A stretch of 64,000 nucleotides of DNA from positions 53,512 through 117,511 of the forward strand of contig CAVSQB010000002.1 in the NCBI GenBank assembly GCA_963729895.1. The letters are read 5' to 3'. Position 1 is the first letter of the stretch. The number at the start of each line of letters is the position of its first letter. This DNA is from an uncultured Fibrobacterota bacterium. Its GTDB lineage: Bacteria; Fibrobacterota; Chitinivibrionia; Chitinivibrionales; FEN-1185. Both the position numbers and the translations under genes were made by a program. The notes beneath the pieces are model-generated. The model did not search any database, was not told the origin of the DNA, and worked only from the letters and a program-made list of their open reading frames with translations. This document shows positions 49,698 through 59,604 of this stretch, piece after piece.

Positions 49698-51011
49698 GCA
49701 GGTTGTTGAAATAGTCCTAACAGAAGCGCTCTTGTTGATTTTTTATGAACCTAACTTCAACTTTACATATGTCAGAGAGGTTTTACCTGCCTCGTTCCGA
49801 GGCATTTCCCCGGATTCCCAGGCCATTCTCATGCTGCCCCCACCGTTTGCGGCATCAACTTAACCATGCGTATCAAGTTGTACGCTGCGGCAACCACGTA
49901 GGCAACAGTCTGGTTGATTCGTATTCCTCTTACCCGAGTTTTCCGCAGGCCACCGACGCTCTTGATCCACCCAAATATCTCTTCAACCCGTTTTCGTTTC
50001 CTTTGACTTACGCTGTATCCCTTATGCCGAGTCGTTCTTCCATCCAACCCTTTAAGCGAAGTGTTGGCCTTCTCGGCAATGTGAGGCTTCACGTGCAGGC
50101 GTCGCAGGCTCTTGATAAATTCGGTTGCATGATACCCTTTGTCTGCACCCACCGTCTTCATCCGGCGTTTTCCGCGCCTGCGTTCATGCTTTATCAGCTC
50201 AAGCGCCATATCCCGTTCCGCTGTCCCCGTCGCTGGCGCAATGGCGATATCAACACACAACCCATTTCGGTTTTCCATCAGCACGTGACCGGAATACGCC
50301 AGCTGCGCTCCCGTTCTCTTGTTCTTCCGAGCCAACAGCGCCTCTGGATCGGTCGAACTCTGATGTGTCTCATTGCTTCGCTTCTCATGGTGGAAATCAA
50401 CCGACGGATTACTCCGATCATCGTCAGTCTTGTTCGCCGATTCCGCGTCTTTTCGCTTGAAGCTCTTCATCGATGCCCAGGCTTCAATCAACGTGCCGTC
50501 AACCGTGAAATGCTCATCGGACAACAACTCTTCGGAACGAGCAAGACGCACGATTTCCTGCATCAGCCGGTGCGCAATCTCCTGTTCCATAAGTCGATCT
50601 CGGTTCTTCGAAAACACACTATGATCAAACGATGCCGCATCCAGATCCATGTCAAGAAACCATCGGAACAGAATGTTATAGTCCAGCATCTCGCAAAACA
50701 ACCGGTCCGACCGTATCGAAAACAAAGCCATCAATATCTGTGCTTTCAAAAGCCATTCCGGCGGTATCGAAGGGCGTCCCATCCGGCTGTACATCGCCTC
50801 AAAGTCACGAGAAAGGCGGCGCAGCGCTATGTCCGTAAACTGTTTGACACGACGAAGCGGGTGCGTTGCCGGCACTCGGGAATCCGGAGAAACGAAGCTG
50901 AACATACCGCCTTGGGCTGGCTGGGAACCTCTCATCAATACTCCTTGGTTGGGGTTCCCCTATAATATAAGGATAAATGTTTACAAAAGGGAGACTTTTT
51001 CAACACCCTGC
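49698..51011 (-). mobile_element. IS5-family insertion sequence, copy A
   Basis: Terminal inverted repeats GCAGGTTGTTGAAATAGTC / GACTTTTTCAACACCCTGC, flanked by TA on both sides (CTAG context). Confidence 0.93.
49829..50938 (-). CDS. IS5-family transposase
   Basis: HPLR, GRPSIPPE, FRWF, FSKNRDR, HFTVDGTLIEAWAS, TDPEA, GADKGY, RKRVEEIFGWIK. Confidence 0.95.
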   Translation of the reverse strand: MMRGSQPAQGGMFSFVSPDSRVPATHPLRRVKQFTDIALRRLSRDFEAMYSRMGRPSIPPEWLLKAQILMALFSIRSDRLFCEMLDYNILFRWFLDMDLDAASFDHSVFSKNRDRLMEQEIAHRLMQEIVRLARSEELLSDEHFTVDGTLIEAWASMKSFKRKDAESANKTDDDRSNPSVDFHHEKRSNETHQSSTDPEALLARKNKRTGAQLAYSGHVLMENRNGLCVDIAIAPATGTAERDMALELIKHERRRGKRRMKTVGADKGYHATEFIKSLRRLHVKPHIAEKANTSLKGLDGRTTRHKGYSVSQRKRKRVEEIFGWIKSVGGLRKTRVRGIRINQTVAYVVAAAYNLIRMVKLMPQTVGAA

Positions 51012-51415
51012 TAGATAATACAACTCGCACAAATCCCTGTTGTTGCTGACGGCGGTTTTTGCACCCGTCCGTTCGCGAGCAAGACAACCGAAAACTATAT
51101 TATCCCTGCACAAAGGAGAAGGTTGAAACCGGTGAGCGATCTTTTGTGCAGGCAATGAATCGAGCCGAGCCGCGTATCTGTTCGGGTCCCTGCCCACTGA
51201 TTAGGGACCGCTTGAAAAAAGGGCAATAGACAATTGCCGTGATAGTTTCCAACAACCTGTCTTGTTTGATACCCATAATGGCAAGCTCAGTAGTTGCACT
51301 TTGGCGTCCATTATGCCATTAGGCGCATAACTGCATCTTTACCTGATCTTGAGACAATCCTTTGTCACAACCAATATCTGCTTATTATGCAACATGTTAA
51401 GATATATGGCTTCGA

Positions 51416-52351
51416 TTGGTACGACTTTTGAGCTTTGGACATGGTGTGCGATGTAACTTCCAAAGATTAATCCGCAGATTAATCCGCATCAAGGCCCGCC
51501 TGTTGGCAATAATTCCCGGGTCGCTCATGCTGCTCGCCGTTGCAGTCATCTCTACCCGCGCAGACAAGACCCAAGCCGGCCTGTACTTCGATCAAGCAAT
51601 CGGCGCTTCGTTCAATCCGCTCGGCGTTCTTCTCGACAGCAAGCTGCAGTACACATTCCCCCTTATAAACAAGAACGGGGTCCTGTGGAAATCCACGAAA
51701 GTCGAAGCCGGATTGCAGAACGAATGGACGCCTGCCGACAACGTGCTTTCGGCGCGTATCGCAGTGGAGCCGGTTGCGTTTTTCGACATCGTGTGCAAGG
51801 CCGGACTTTACGGAATGTACAACACCTTGGGCTATGGCTGTTATCGCCTGGCCTCTCCTGCAGATCCCTACGGCCCGGACGCGCAGAAAGTCCTTGTCCC
51901 GGGCGACGCACATGGATACTGGGTTTCAGTCGCCCCCACGCTTAAAGCCAGACTCGGCCGCTTTGTCGCCCTCAACGCAACGACCGTAAACTGTTTGTCA
52001 ATCGACGGCGATGGGTACTTCCTGGAGATCAGGTCGTACCTGGTGCACCGGACCAAGGATGTTGATGTGATCGACAACGCCTATGTTCTGGCCCAATGCA
52101 CGCAATGGCTGCTTGCAGGCGCAACGTACCGTTATGCCGATGTCCTGGGCACAAAAGCGCAATCGCAGCGATTGTGCGTAATGGCAATTATCAAGCCAAC
52201 CCCCTCAAAGTTCAAAGGCGTTTTCGCCGCGGTACAAGCCGGGTCGTACCCGGCGGACCCGCTGTTCTTGCACAGCGTTTTCCTTGCGTGCCTGGTTGGA
52301 GCGGAATTCCGTCTTGGAGGGCCGTCAGGCGGAAAGGAAGAAAAGAAATGA
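51416..52351 (+). CDS. Hypothetical exported protein, beta-strand rich (true start probably further downstream)
   Basis: Long ORF with a hydrophobic segment near residues 28-47; ATGA overlap with the MFS gene. Confidence 0.7.
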   Translation: MVRLLSFGHGVRCNFQRLIRRLIRIKARLLAIIPGSLMLLAVAVISTRADKTQAGLYFDQAIGASFNPLGVLLDSKLQYTFPLINKNGVLWKSTKVEAGLQNEWTPADNVLSARIAVEPVAFFDIVCKAGLYGMYNTLGYGCYRLASPADPYGPDAQKVLVPGDAHGYWVSVAPTLKARLGRFVALNATTVNCLSIDGDGYFLEIRSYLVHRTKDVDVIDNAYVLAQCTQWLLAGATYRYADVLGTKAQSQRLCVMAIIKPTPSKFKGVFAAVQAGSYPADPLFLHSVFLACLVGAEFRLGGPSGGKEEKK

Positions 52352-53784
52352 ACACAGAGAGCAATCCTGCAAAGCAATCGGACAAGCTGTCTGCCGGCAT
52401 CAAACTCTGCTACGGGTGCGGCGATCTTGTGGCAGGGCTCGCCTTTAACACGCTCAACTTCTTCTACCTCTATTTTCTGAATACCGTAGTGGGCATGCCG
52501 GCGTATCTTGCCGGTCTTGTCCTGCTTATCGGCCGGGCCTGGGACGGCGTGATGGACCCGGTGATGGGCATGATCGTCGACAGCACGACGTCAAAAAGGG
52601 GTAAACACCGCTACTGGATGCTCGTTGCGGTCGGCCCCTTTGCGGTTCTTTTCATCCTTCTCTGGCTTAGGTTCCCGGGCGGGCAGTGGACGCAGTTCCT
52701 GGTGTATTCATTCCTTTTCCTGCTCTTTTCGAGTACCTTCACAATGTACAATATTCCCTACGGCAGCATGACCGCGGACCTTACCCGGGACTACCATGAA
52801 CGGACCGCCCTCACGGGCGTGCGCATGGTTTTCTCCCTGTTCGCCATGATCATCGGCGCCGGCGCCACCCAGCTGCTTGCAGGGATCCCCGGCGTCGGAT
52901 ACCCGGGCATGGCGGCTGTATACGGCGTCGTGATGCTCGGCGGCGGACTCACCGCGGTCTTCGCAACCCGCGGCCGCGACACGGTGGTGGAAAAGCCGCA
53001 GGGCGTGCACCTGCGGATATGGCTTAGTGCGTTCCGCAATACGCCGTTCGTGCTGCTGGTGTCGTCGTATCTGCTCCTTACCATCGCCACCACGGGTGTT
53101 TCCGGCATCTTCGTTTACTTTGTGAAATATTCGATGGGCCTCCATGGCGATTTCCAGTCCAGTGTGATCATGGCCGTCCTCGTGACGGCGGCGATAGCGG
53201 CCTTGCCGCTGTGGGCGCGGTTCTCCAAAGTTACAAGCAAGAAGATCGCCCTGTTCGCGGGCATGGCGGTCTTCGCGCTGGGTCTGGTTGCCATTTCCCG
53301 CATCGGCTTGTCGGCGGGGAATGCGGCCCTTTATGCTCTCGCGGTCGTCACCGGCGTCGGCTTGTCTTCGTTCTTTATCGTCCTGTGGTCGATGATACCG
53401 GACATTGTGGAATACGGGCAATTGCAGACCGGGCGTCGCAACGAAGGAATCTATTACGGCCTGTGGTTCTTCGTGCAGAAGCTCGGCATGGCCGCCAGTG
53501 CGGCAATCAACGGGGCAGTGCTGTCGGCAACCGGATTCAGGCAATCCGCGGGCGGGGCGGTCCTCAGCCAGTCGCCGGGCGCCGTGGGCGGCATCAACAT
53601 GCTTCTCGCTGGTCTGCCACTTGCCTTTATCGCCGCGGGGCTTGTTATCCTGGCCTTCTACCCGATTAACGCGGCGCGCCACGCCGAGATCAGGGCAAAG
53701 CTCGAACGTGCCGGCAATGCTGCCTCCCCGGAAGGCTGCCAGGGGCTCGCAAACGGTGAACCGTCGTATGAAAATAACAGTTGA
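52348..53784 (+). CDS. MFS transporter, glycoside-pentoside-hexuronide (MelB-like) family
   Basis: KLCYGCGD, RAWDGVMDPVMG..D, NIPYGSM..LT.DY.ERT.L, WSMIPDIVEY..GRRNEGIYYG..F..K, YPI. Confidence 0.92.
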   Translation: MNTESNPAKQSDKLSAGIKLCYGCGDLVAGLAFNTLNFFYLYFLNTVVGMPAYLAGLVLLIGRAWDGVMDPVMGMIVDSTTSKRGKHRYWMLVAVGPFAVLFILLWLRFPGGQWTQFLVYSFLFLLFSSTFTMYNIPYGSMTADLTRDYHERTALTGVRMVFSLFAMIIGAGATQLLAGIPGVGYPGMAAVYGVVMLGGGLTAVFATRGRDTVVEKPQGVHLRIWLSAFRNTPFVLLVSSYLLLTIATTGVSGIFVYFVKYSMGLHGDFQSSVIMAVLVTAAIAALPLWARFSKVTSKKIALFAGMAVFALGLVAISRIGLSAGNAALYALAVVTGVGLSSFFIVLWSMIPDIVEYGQLQTGRRNEGIYYGLWFFVQKLGMAASAAINGAVLSATGFRQSAGGAVLSQSPGAVGGINMLLAGLPLAFIAAGLVILAFYPINAARHAEIRAKLERAGNAASPEGCQGLANGEPSYENNS

Positions 53785-54007
53785 TTTTACGAAACATGCG
53801 GTGGCGCGCGCCGCCAAGTCGTGAGGCAGGCTGTCCCGGTTTGGCAAAATCGGCGTCACAATGGTGCCTCGCGCCGCGCTTGAAGATATTTTTATCACTG
53901 CGCTGAGCACAAGCGACCCGGCCCCGGACGAGTCGCAAGGCGAGAACCCCTCTTGGAATCGGCGTGTGCGAGGGTTGTTGACATCAACGGACAAGGGAGC
54001 AACGTAA
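53768..54007 (+). pseudogene. Gene remnant with in-frame TGA
   Basis: MKITVDFTKHAVARAAKS*GRLS..LEDIFITAL..DKGAT*; start overlaps the MFS 3' end and final TAA overlaps the next ATG (TAATG). Confidence 0.45.
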
Positions 54008-54753
54008 TGAAACAAATCCTGGCAATAGTTGCCGAATCGGAAATAATCAAGGCCGTTTTGACCTCCATCGTCTACGCAGGCAACGCGGTGGTTGTCGGCG
54101 TGTCCTTGATTCCCTCCGTCTACCTGGCCGGCTACGCCTGGGAGCGAACGATGGCGCAGCTCTCTCCCGTGAATGTGATCGTCTTTTCCCTGGCATGCGG
54201 GGGTGCGGTGTATCTCTACTTTGTCACCGGGTCCCTTGTGATGAGCAGCCTGATTCGCGTCATTTCATGGGGCATCAAGCCGGGCAGGTATCCCGTGCAA
54301 TCGATTACCGTCCTGCGATGGCTCGTGTACAGCGGCATCTATCATATCGCCGGGAAGACGATCCTCGACTATCTGCCCATGAGTTTCCTCGGCGTACTGT
54401 TTTTCCGGATCGTGGGAGCGAAGATCGGTAAGAACTCCGCCATCAATACGTGGTACCTCAACGACGCGTTCCTGATGGAAATCGGCGACAATGTCGTCAT
54501 CGGCGGCAAATCGGACATTTCGTGCCACACGTTCGAAAAGGGATGCCTGCTCCTGCAGCCGGTGAAAATCGGAAGCGACACTCTTATTGGTCAACAGTGT
54601 TACATCAGCCCCGGCGTGACCATCGGGAGACGTTGCGTTATAGGACAGTATTCGTTTATCCGCAAGAACAAGACCCTGCCGGACAAATCGGTGATTGCCG
54701 CGTTGGGCGGCCTGCCGATCCGGGCGATTTCACGCCTGGAGAAAACCGAATAG
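54007..54753 (+). CDS. Membrane-bound hexapeptide-repeat (left-handed beta-helix) acyltransferase-like protein
   Basis: N-terminal TM helices; GAKIGKN, EIGDNVVIG, KIGSDTLIG, PGVTIGRRCVIG repeats. Confidence 0.85.
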   Translation: MKQILAIVAESEIIKAVLTSIVYAGNAVVVGVSLIPSVYLAGYAWERTMAQLSPVNVIVFSLACGGAVYLYFVTGSLVMSSLIRVISWGIKPGRYPVQSITVLRWLVYSGIYHIAGKTILDYLPMSFLGVLFFRIVGAKIGKNSAINTWYLNDAFLMEIGDNVVIGGKSDISCHTFEKGCLLLQPVKIGSDTLIGQQCYISPGVTIGRRCVIGQYSFIRKNKTLPDKSVIAALGGLPIRAISRLEKTE

Positions 54754-54811
54754 CCCGTGATATTCCCGGACGGGGCGCGTGCGCCATGCCTGCCACACCC
54801 TCCCCGGACCG

Positions 54812-55255
54812 CTAGGGTTGTTTCCGGGGAGCGGACAGGGGTTTCCCGTTCTCGTCGTAGAACCGCGCGGCGCCAACCTGCACGTCGTCGCGATATTCTA
54901 TCCGCGCCATGAGCATGCCGGTCGGATAATAATATTTCGAAATGCCCCGGCGCTTATCATTATGGTATCTCGTTTCCGTCTTGAGCACGCCGTTTTCGTA
55001 GTACTGCCGGGTGGTGCCGTTGAGTTTTCCGCCTTCATATTCATAAACGATTTCCAGTTTTCCGCTCGGATAGTATACCTTGATGATGTTCCTGTTGTCC
55101 TGCCTGTCGGATTTGAACTGAAGGGTTCCGTTCTGGGAATACCCTCGAAACACCTGCGCGTTCGTGAGGGACGGAAAGCCCAACTGCAAAGCCGGGACGA
55201 TGAGCGCAAGGAGCAGTGCGCGGAATGCGGGGGACTTGTGCGTCTTGTCAGCCAT
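54812..55255 (-). CDS. MORN-variant repeat protein with signal peptide
   Basis: YYPSGKL, YYENGVL, YYPTGML, YDENGK repeats. Confidence 0.82.
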   Translation of the reverse strand: MADKTHKSPAFRALLLALIVPALQLGFPSLTNAQVFRGYSQNGTLQFKSDRQDNRNIIKVYYPSGKLEIVYEYEGGKLNGTTRQYYENGVLKTETRYHNDKRRGISKYYYPTGMLMARIEYRDDVQVGAARFYDENGKPLSAPRKQP

Positions 55256-55392
55256 GATCGGGGGGCTTCTTTACTGTGCGGCCGCTGGCGGTGTTTTTTT
55301 CTCCCGAGCGTGCGTTCCATCAAGTATTCTTAGAGATGACAACCTGACATACGGGAACTCCGGGATCGGAAAAATAGGTTTTACGTGACGCA

Positions 55393-57243
55393 GTGACGAG
55401 ACATAGTATGAGTACCACTTCTAGCCTGCGGTGCATAATAAATATACTGATTGTCTACGGCGCCTGCGGGATTTCCAACGCCGCCTCCCAAAGCGTTGAT
55501 TCGACCGCCGTGTATTTGTTTCCCCACGAAACACCCGTAACCTACCTTGCGGTCTGGAAGATAATGCGGGGCGACAGCGCCGAGTGGCGATCTCCGTTCT
55601 ACAACGATTCGCGCTGGAACACCGGAACCGCGGGAACCCTGTGGGCGCACGACACGGCAACGGGAAGAGGAATCCAGTGGTACCGCCAGACCATTTTTAT
55701 CCCGGAACGCCTCGACTCGCTCAGAGCATGCGCCCTCTTCTGCCGGGCAGCGGTGTGCGCATCGGAAGTATACTGGGACGGGATCCTCATTTCGCAAAAC
55801 GGCAGGATCGGCGCCGGGCGCGACAGTGAAGTGCCGGGCACCTCGGCGCGGTTCACTATTATCCCGGGACAGCTCGTTCTTCCGGGCAGGCACGTGGCCG
55901 CTCTGCGGGTGGGAAACGCCGGGACATTCTCAGGGTTCCTGGAGGCGCCTTTACAAATAGGCTATTTCGACGAGATCCTCGGCCACCTGCACCGTTCGCA
56001 AACCCTGCTGCTCCTGTGCGCAGGCGTCTTTCTCATTGCCGCCCTGTTTCACTTCGGCCTGACGCCGGGACGCGTTCGTGGGCCCGCGTCCGCATTGTTC
56101 GGCGTCCTGTGCCTGTCGTCGGCCGCATACCTGCTCATCGATGCCCTGGTGCATTACTTTCCCACGAGCCTCGCGCGTTACTATGCAATCGCCCTTGTCA
56201 ACGATGGTCCGTGGTTCTGCATGATGGTGCTGCTTCCCGTCTTCTTTCTCTATGAGTTCGAAGTCCCTTTCCGCATGCGGATATCCGCGGGCATCGCCGC
56301 CGCGGCCCTGGCGTGCATTGTCCCTCCCCGTCTCATCATGTTCGGTGTGCTGCCCACGGCATGGCTGCCGGCCTTCGAATTAGCGAATCTGCTCTACATG
56401 TACGCGGTAGCCCTGTTCTCGGCGCTCGTCTCGCTGGCACATCTGGCTCGTCGCACAAGCGGCAGCCTGCTTTCACTTGCAGGCTGCGCCGCACTGCTGG
56501 CCGGCATCCATGTCTCGTTTTGGTATCAGGTGGAATACGCCTGGGCGCTCGGATTCACCGCACTCATAATCCTGCTTACCGTGTCGCTTTCCCGACAAAT
56601 GGCTGAACAGAACCGGAAACGCCAGGAGAGCGAACTCCGAAACGCACGGCTCGAGCTCGAACTGCTCAAAAAACATATGCAGCCGCATTTCCTGCTCAAC
56701 TCTCTCAACTCGATTATTGCGTGGCTCGAAGAAGACCCTTCCGCGGCCATCCGGCTGGTGACCGCCCTCGCCGAAGAGCTGCGGCTCATCGTGCAGTTTT
56801 CAAAGGAGAAACTCGTGCCAGTCAACGAAGAACTGCGGCTGTGCGGCCTGCACCTTGAGGTCATGGGATTGCGCCACGACAGGAACTATTCCCTTGCGGC
56901 CGACGCCGTGCCGCGCTCGGAATACATTCCGCCCCTGGTATTCCACACGCTGGTGGAAAACGGGCTCACGCACGGGTACGCAGGAAAGCAAGGCGGGACA
57001 TTCGTGTTCCGCCGCGAGGCTGCACGCGGCAGACTCCGGTACACCATGTTCAACGACGGCGCGCCCGGCAGCAACGGACCCGATGCGCACGAGGGAACCG
57101 GGATCCGCTATGTAAAGACCCGGCTGCAGGAAGCGTACCCCGGCTCCTGGCGGTTCTGGGCCGGGCCGGTGGAACACGGCTGGGAGGCGGGCATAGAGCT
57201 TGCGGTCGGCACTCACAATCGTTTGCAGAAGCATGCGTCGTAA
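55393..57243 (+). CDS. LytS-type sensor histidine kinase with extracytoplasmic beta-sandwich and multiple TM helices
   Basis: LELLKKHMQPHFLLNSLNSI, EEL..L, PPLVFHTLVENGLTHG, GTGI; N-terminal WYR..EVYWDG resembles glycoside hydrolase sugar-binding domains. Confidence 0.9.
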   Translation: MTRHSMSTTSSLRCIINILIVYGACGISNAASQSVDSTAVYLFPHETPVTYLAVWKIMRGDSAEWRSPFYNDSRWNTGTAGTLWAHDTATGRGIQWYRQTIFIPERLDSLRACALFCRAAVCASEVYWDGILISQNGRIGAGRDSEVPGTSARFTIIPGQLVLPGRHVAALRVGNAGTFSGFLEAPLQIGYFDEILGHLHRSQTLLLLCAGVFLIAALFHFGLTPGRVRGPASALFGVLCLSSAAYLLIDALVHYFPTSLARYYAIALVNDGPWFCMMVLLPVFFLYEFEVPFRMRISAGIAAAALACIVPPRLIMFGVLPTAWLPAFELANLLYMYAVALFSALVSLAHLARRTSGSLLSLAGCAALLAGIHVSFWYQVEYAWALGFTALIILLTVSLSRQMAEQNRKRQESELRNARLELELLKKHMQPHFLLNSLNSIIAWLEEDPSAAIRLVTALAEELRLIVQFSKEKLVPVNEELRLCGLHLEVMGLRHDRNYSLAADAVPRSEYIPPLVFHTLVENGLTHGYAGKQGGTFVFRREAARGRLRYTMFNDGAPGSNGPDAHEGTGIRYVKTRLQEAYPGSWRFWAGPVEHGWEAGIELAVGTHNRLQKHAS

Positions 57244-57262
57244 GAAAGGCGAGAGTACTTTT

Positions 57263-57976
57263 GTGGATATCCTGATTGTTGAAGACGAACCCCCGGCGGC
57301 GCGCCGCCTGGAGCGCCTTACCCGCGAGCTGCTCGGAAATGCCGTTACTTCCCTGACCATACAAGATTCCCTTGCCGGCGCAGAGACCCACCTCAGCGCC
57401 CACGCCGTGGACCTGGTTCTCCTTGACCTCAACCTCAACGGCGCTAGCGGATTCGACTTGCTTTCCCGCCTTGCCGCCGGGTCGTTTCATACCATTGTCG
57501 TGTCGGCAAGCGTTGACCGGGCGATCACCGCGTTCGAACACGGTGTGCTTGATTTTGTCCCAAAGCCGTTCGACCGGGAGCGACTCAACAAGGCGTTCGG
57601 CCGGCTCAGCGCCGCCCGGCCGTCTCCGGCGCCGGGTATCAAATTTCTATCAGTACGAAACAGGGGGGCCATTCGTCTCATCCCCGTCGATACGGTGCGT
57701 TTCTTCAAAGGCGCCGACGATTACGTGGAGCTCCATTTGACAAACGGCTCAATGGAACTATACGGTAAATCGATGGAGGCGCTCTTGACGCTTCTGCCGT
57801 CACACTACTGTCGCATTCACAAATCGTACATCGTGGACCTCGCCTCCGCCGGGCGGATCCGGGTTTTGGGCGGCGGCAGATACGAACTGGAATTACATGA
57901 CGGAACAAAACTGCCGGTGAGCCGCACGCAGTACCCAACCGTTCGCCGGCGGGTGGAGGGCGGTCAAGAATTGTAG
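57263..57976 (+). CDS. LytTR-family response regulator
   Basis: ILIVEDEP, LLDLNL, DFVPKPF; LytTR motifs DYVELH, RIHKSYIV, LPVSR. Confidence 0.93.
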   Translation: MDILIVEDEPPAARRLERLTRELLGNAVTSLTIQDSLAGAETHLSAHAVDLVLLDLNLNGASGFDLLSRLAAGSFHTIVVSASVDRAITAFEHGVLDFVPKPFDRERLNKAFGRLSAARPSPAPGIKFLSVRNRGAIRLIPVDTVRFFKGADDYVELHLTNGSMELYGKSMEALLTLLPSHYCRIHKSYIVDLASAGRIRVLGGGRYELELHDGTKLPVSRTQYPTVRRRVEGGQEL

Positions 57977-58320
57977 ATTTCAGATTGATGATTTATGATT
58001 GAAGGTTGTTGACACTTGCCGCTCGTAACGGATGATGCTTTCTTGCTCAAGCGTGGGTAATCGGCACCGGGGCCTGCAAGCAGAGCCTGGAGGGGGAATG
58101 CGGAGCGCCCGTAAGTTCTATCGTAGGCAAGAGCATCTCCGGCATGCAGTTCACCGACCCCGCGTGCAGGTTGCGGAATGCCTGTTGCCAGCCTTTGCCC
58201 TGGCTTGTACATTTTGTTATGAAACTCGCCCGCGGGATTGCAAAGCGCACTACCCTTATTAACCGTTAACCGCGCCGGGCCATAGAACCAACGGCCTTCC
58301 ACAACCAAAACGAGGTTCCC

Positions 58321-59586
58321 ATGAAACAATCGTCGCCGTTACTCTGGGTGACGACGGTAGCGCTGCTTGCTCTGATGCATCCCTTGCTTGCGGCCCAAGA
58401 TTCCGCCTTGGCAGGAAAGAAAGCTGCTGCAGGAGGATCCGCACAACCGGACGGCCGGGACAATTCCGCCGCCGCGCCCTTGGAACAGGCCGGAAACGCG
58501 GCAGTCGTTGCCCCGGGCGTACAGCAAGCGTCCGCCTCCGCCAGCGGCCCCGGCATCCAAGAGATGCGCATGGAGGCGGCCAGGCTCAAGGCCGAGGCGA
58601 AAACCCTGCGCGATCTTGCGGACACCCTCAACCGTTCGTCCGATGATGCGGAAAAAAGGGCCGATGAAGCGCAACAAAAAGCCGAAAAGCTCCAGGAGGA
58701 AATCGGGGAATCGGACGTGGAGCACGCGGCAAACCATGTCCGCGTGGAGATCGAACGGATCAAGCGGCTCGTGCAGGCGGATGTCGAGCGCATCAAAAAG
58801 GTTCACGGGGTCAAGACCGCCGACGATTCTCTCTACGCGCACCAGGCGGACAGCCTGGAAGGCGTGCTGGCCCGTGTTTCGAGCGACACGTCGCAGACCA
58901 TGGATAAGCAGAAACGGCTGGTGCAGGAAATCCAGGCCAACTCCAATGAACTTCTGCAAAAATCGCGCGAGATGTCGACCAAGGCGCGCGAACTGGAAGA
59001 GGCAGCCGACAAACGCGAAGACCTGGCCGAAGATCTGTCGGAAAAAGCCGACAGGCTTTCGGAGGAGCAAAATCCGGTTGCGCTCTCCAAACGGTTTCCC
59101 CTGCATTTCGGGTTTCAGGTCCGCGCCTGCGACGTGGGACCGTACAATCAGCAGAAGCTGGATGTGTTGCTCCTGCAGGGATTGTTCCTCGCCTATTCAT
59201 TCACCAAGAACTTCGACGCGGGACTGCAGGACATCATGGTGTACTGGCAGGAGACCCTCTACGGCCAGCGCTACGCCGTTACCGCCTCGCCGTCGGCGCG
59301 GCTCGCATTCTTCCCTGTCAAGAGGCTGCAGCTGGGGGCCGTGGGCGGCGTGTCGGTGCAGGGACTGGTAGGCGCCGATCGCTCGGCTCGGGTGAGCGCT
59401 GCCCCGTTTATCACCCTGTTCAATGAAGTGTGGGTGCGCAATCATTTCTCCATCAGCCCTCTGGTTCGATTTAGCTACGCGGCATACGGGCCATATTATA
59501 CCACGGCGCTCAGCCAGCATTCCGGCGTGCTGCCGCAGGGCGCGGTATGGATGGACTTCGGCATCGGCTACGCGTTCAACTTCTGA
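58321..59586 (+). CDS. Secreted protein: long coiled coil plus C-terminal beta-barrel-like domain
   Basis: Signal peptide; charged helical repeats; amphipathic strands ending DFGIGYAFNF (terminal Phe). Confidence 0.72.
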   Translation: MKQSSPLLWVTTVALLALMHPLLAAQDSALAGKKAAAGGSAQPDGRDNSAAAPLEQAGNAAVVAPGVQQASASASGPGIQEMRMEAARLKAEAKTLRDLADTLNRSSDDAEKRADEAQQKAEKLQEEIGESDVEHAANHVRVEIERIKRLVQADVERIKKVHGVKTADDSLYAHQADSLEGVLARVSSDTSQTMDKQKRLVQEIQANSNELLQKSREMSTKARELEEAADKREDLAEDLSEKADRLSEEQNPVALSKRFPLHFGFQVRACDVGPYNQQKLDVLLLQGLFLAYSFTKNFDAGLQDIMVYWQETLYGQRYAVTASPSARLAFFPVKRLQLGAVGGVSVQGLVGADRSARVSAAPFITLFNEVWVRNHFSISPLVRFSYAAYGPYYTTALSQHSGVLPQGAVWMDFGIGYAFNF

Positions 59587-59604
59587 CGAAAGGAAAACCT
59601 TCCG

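Noticed and set aside
49745..50965. 406-aa antisense ORF in IS5
   Set aside because: A synonymous transposase change creates a stop in it in copy B (203 + 200 aa); no motifs.
53822..53824. In-frame TGA as selenocysteine
   Set aside because: No redox motif or selenoprotein-family resemblance, and no convincing SECIS-like hairpin.
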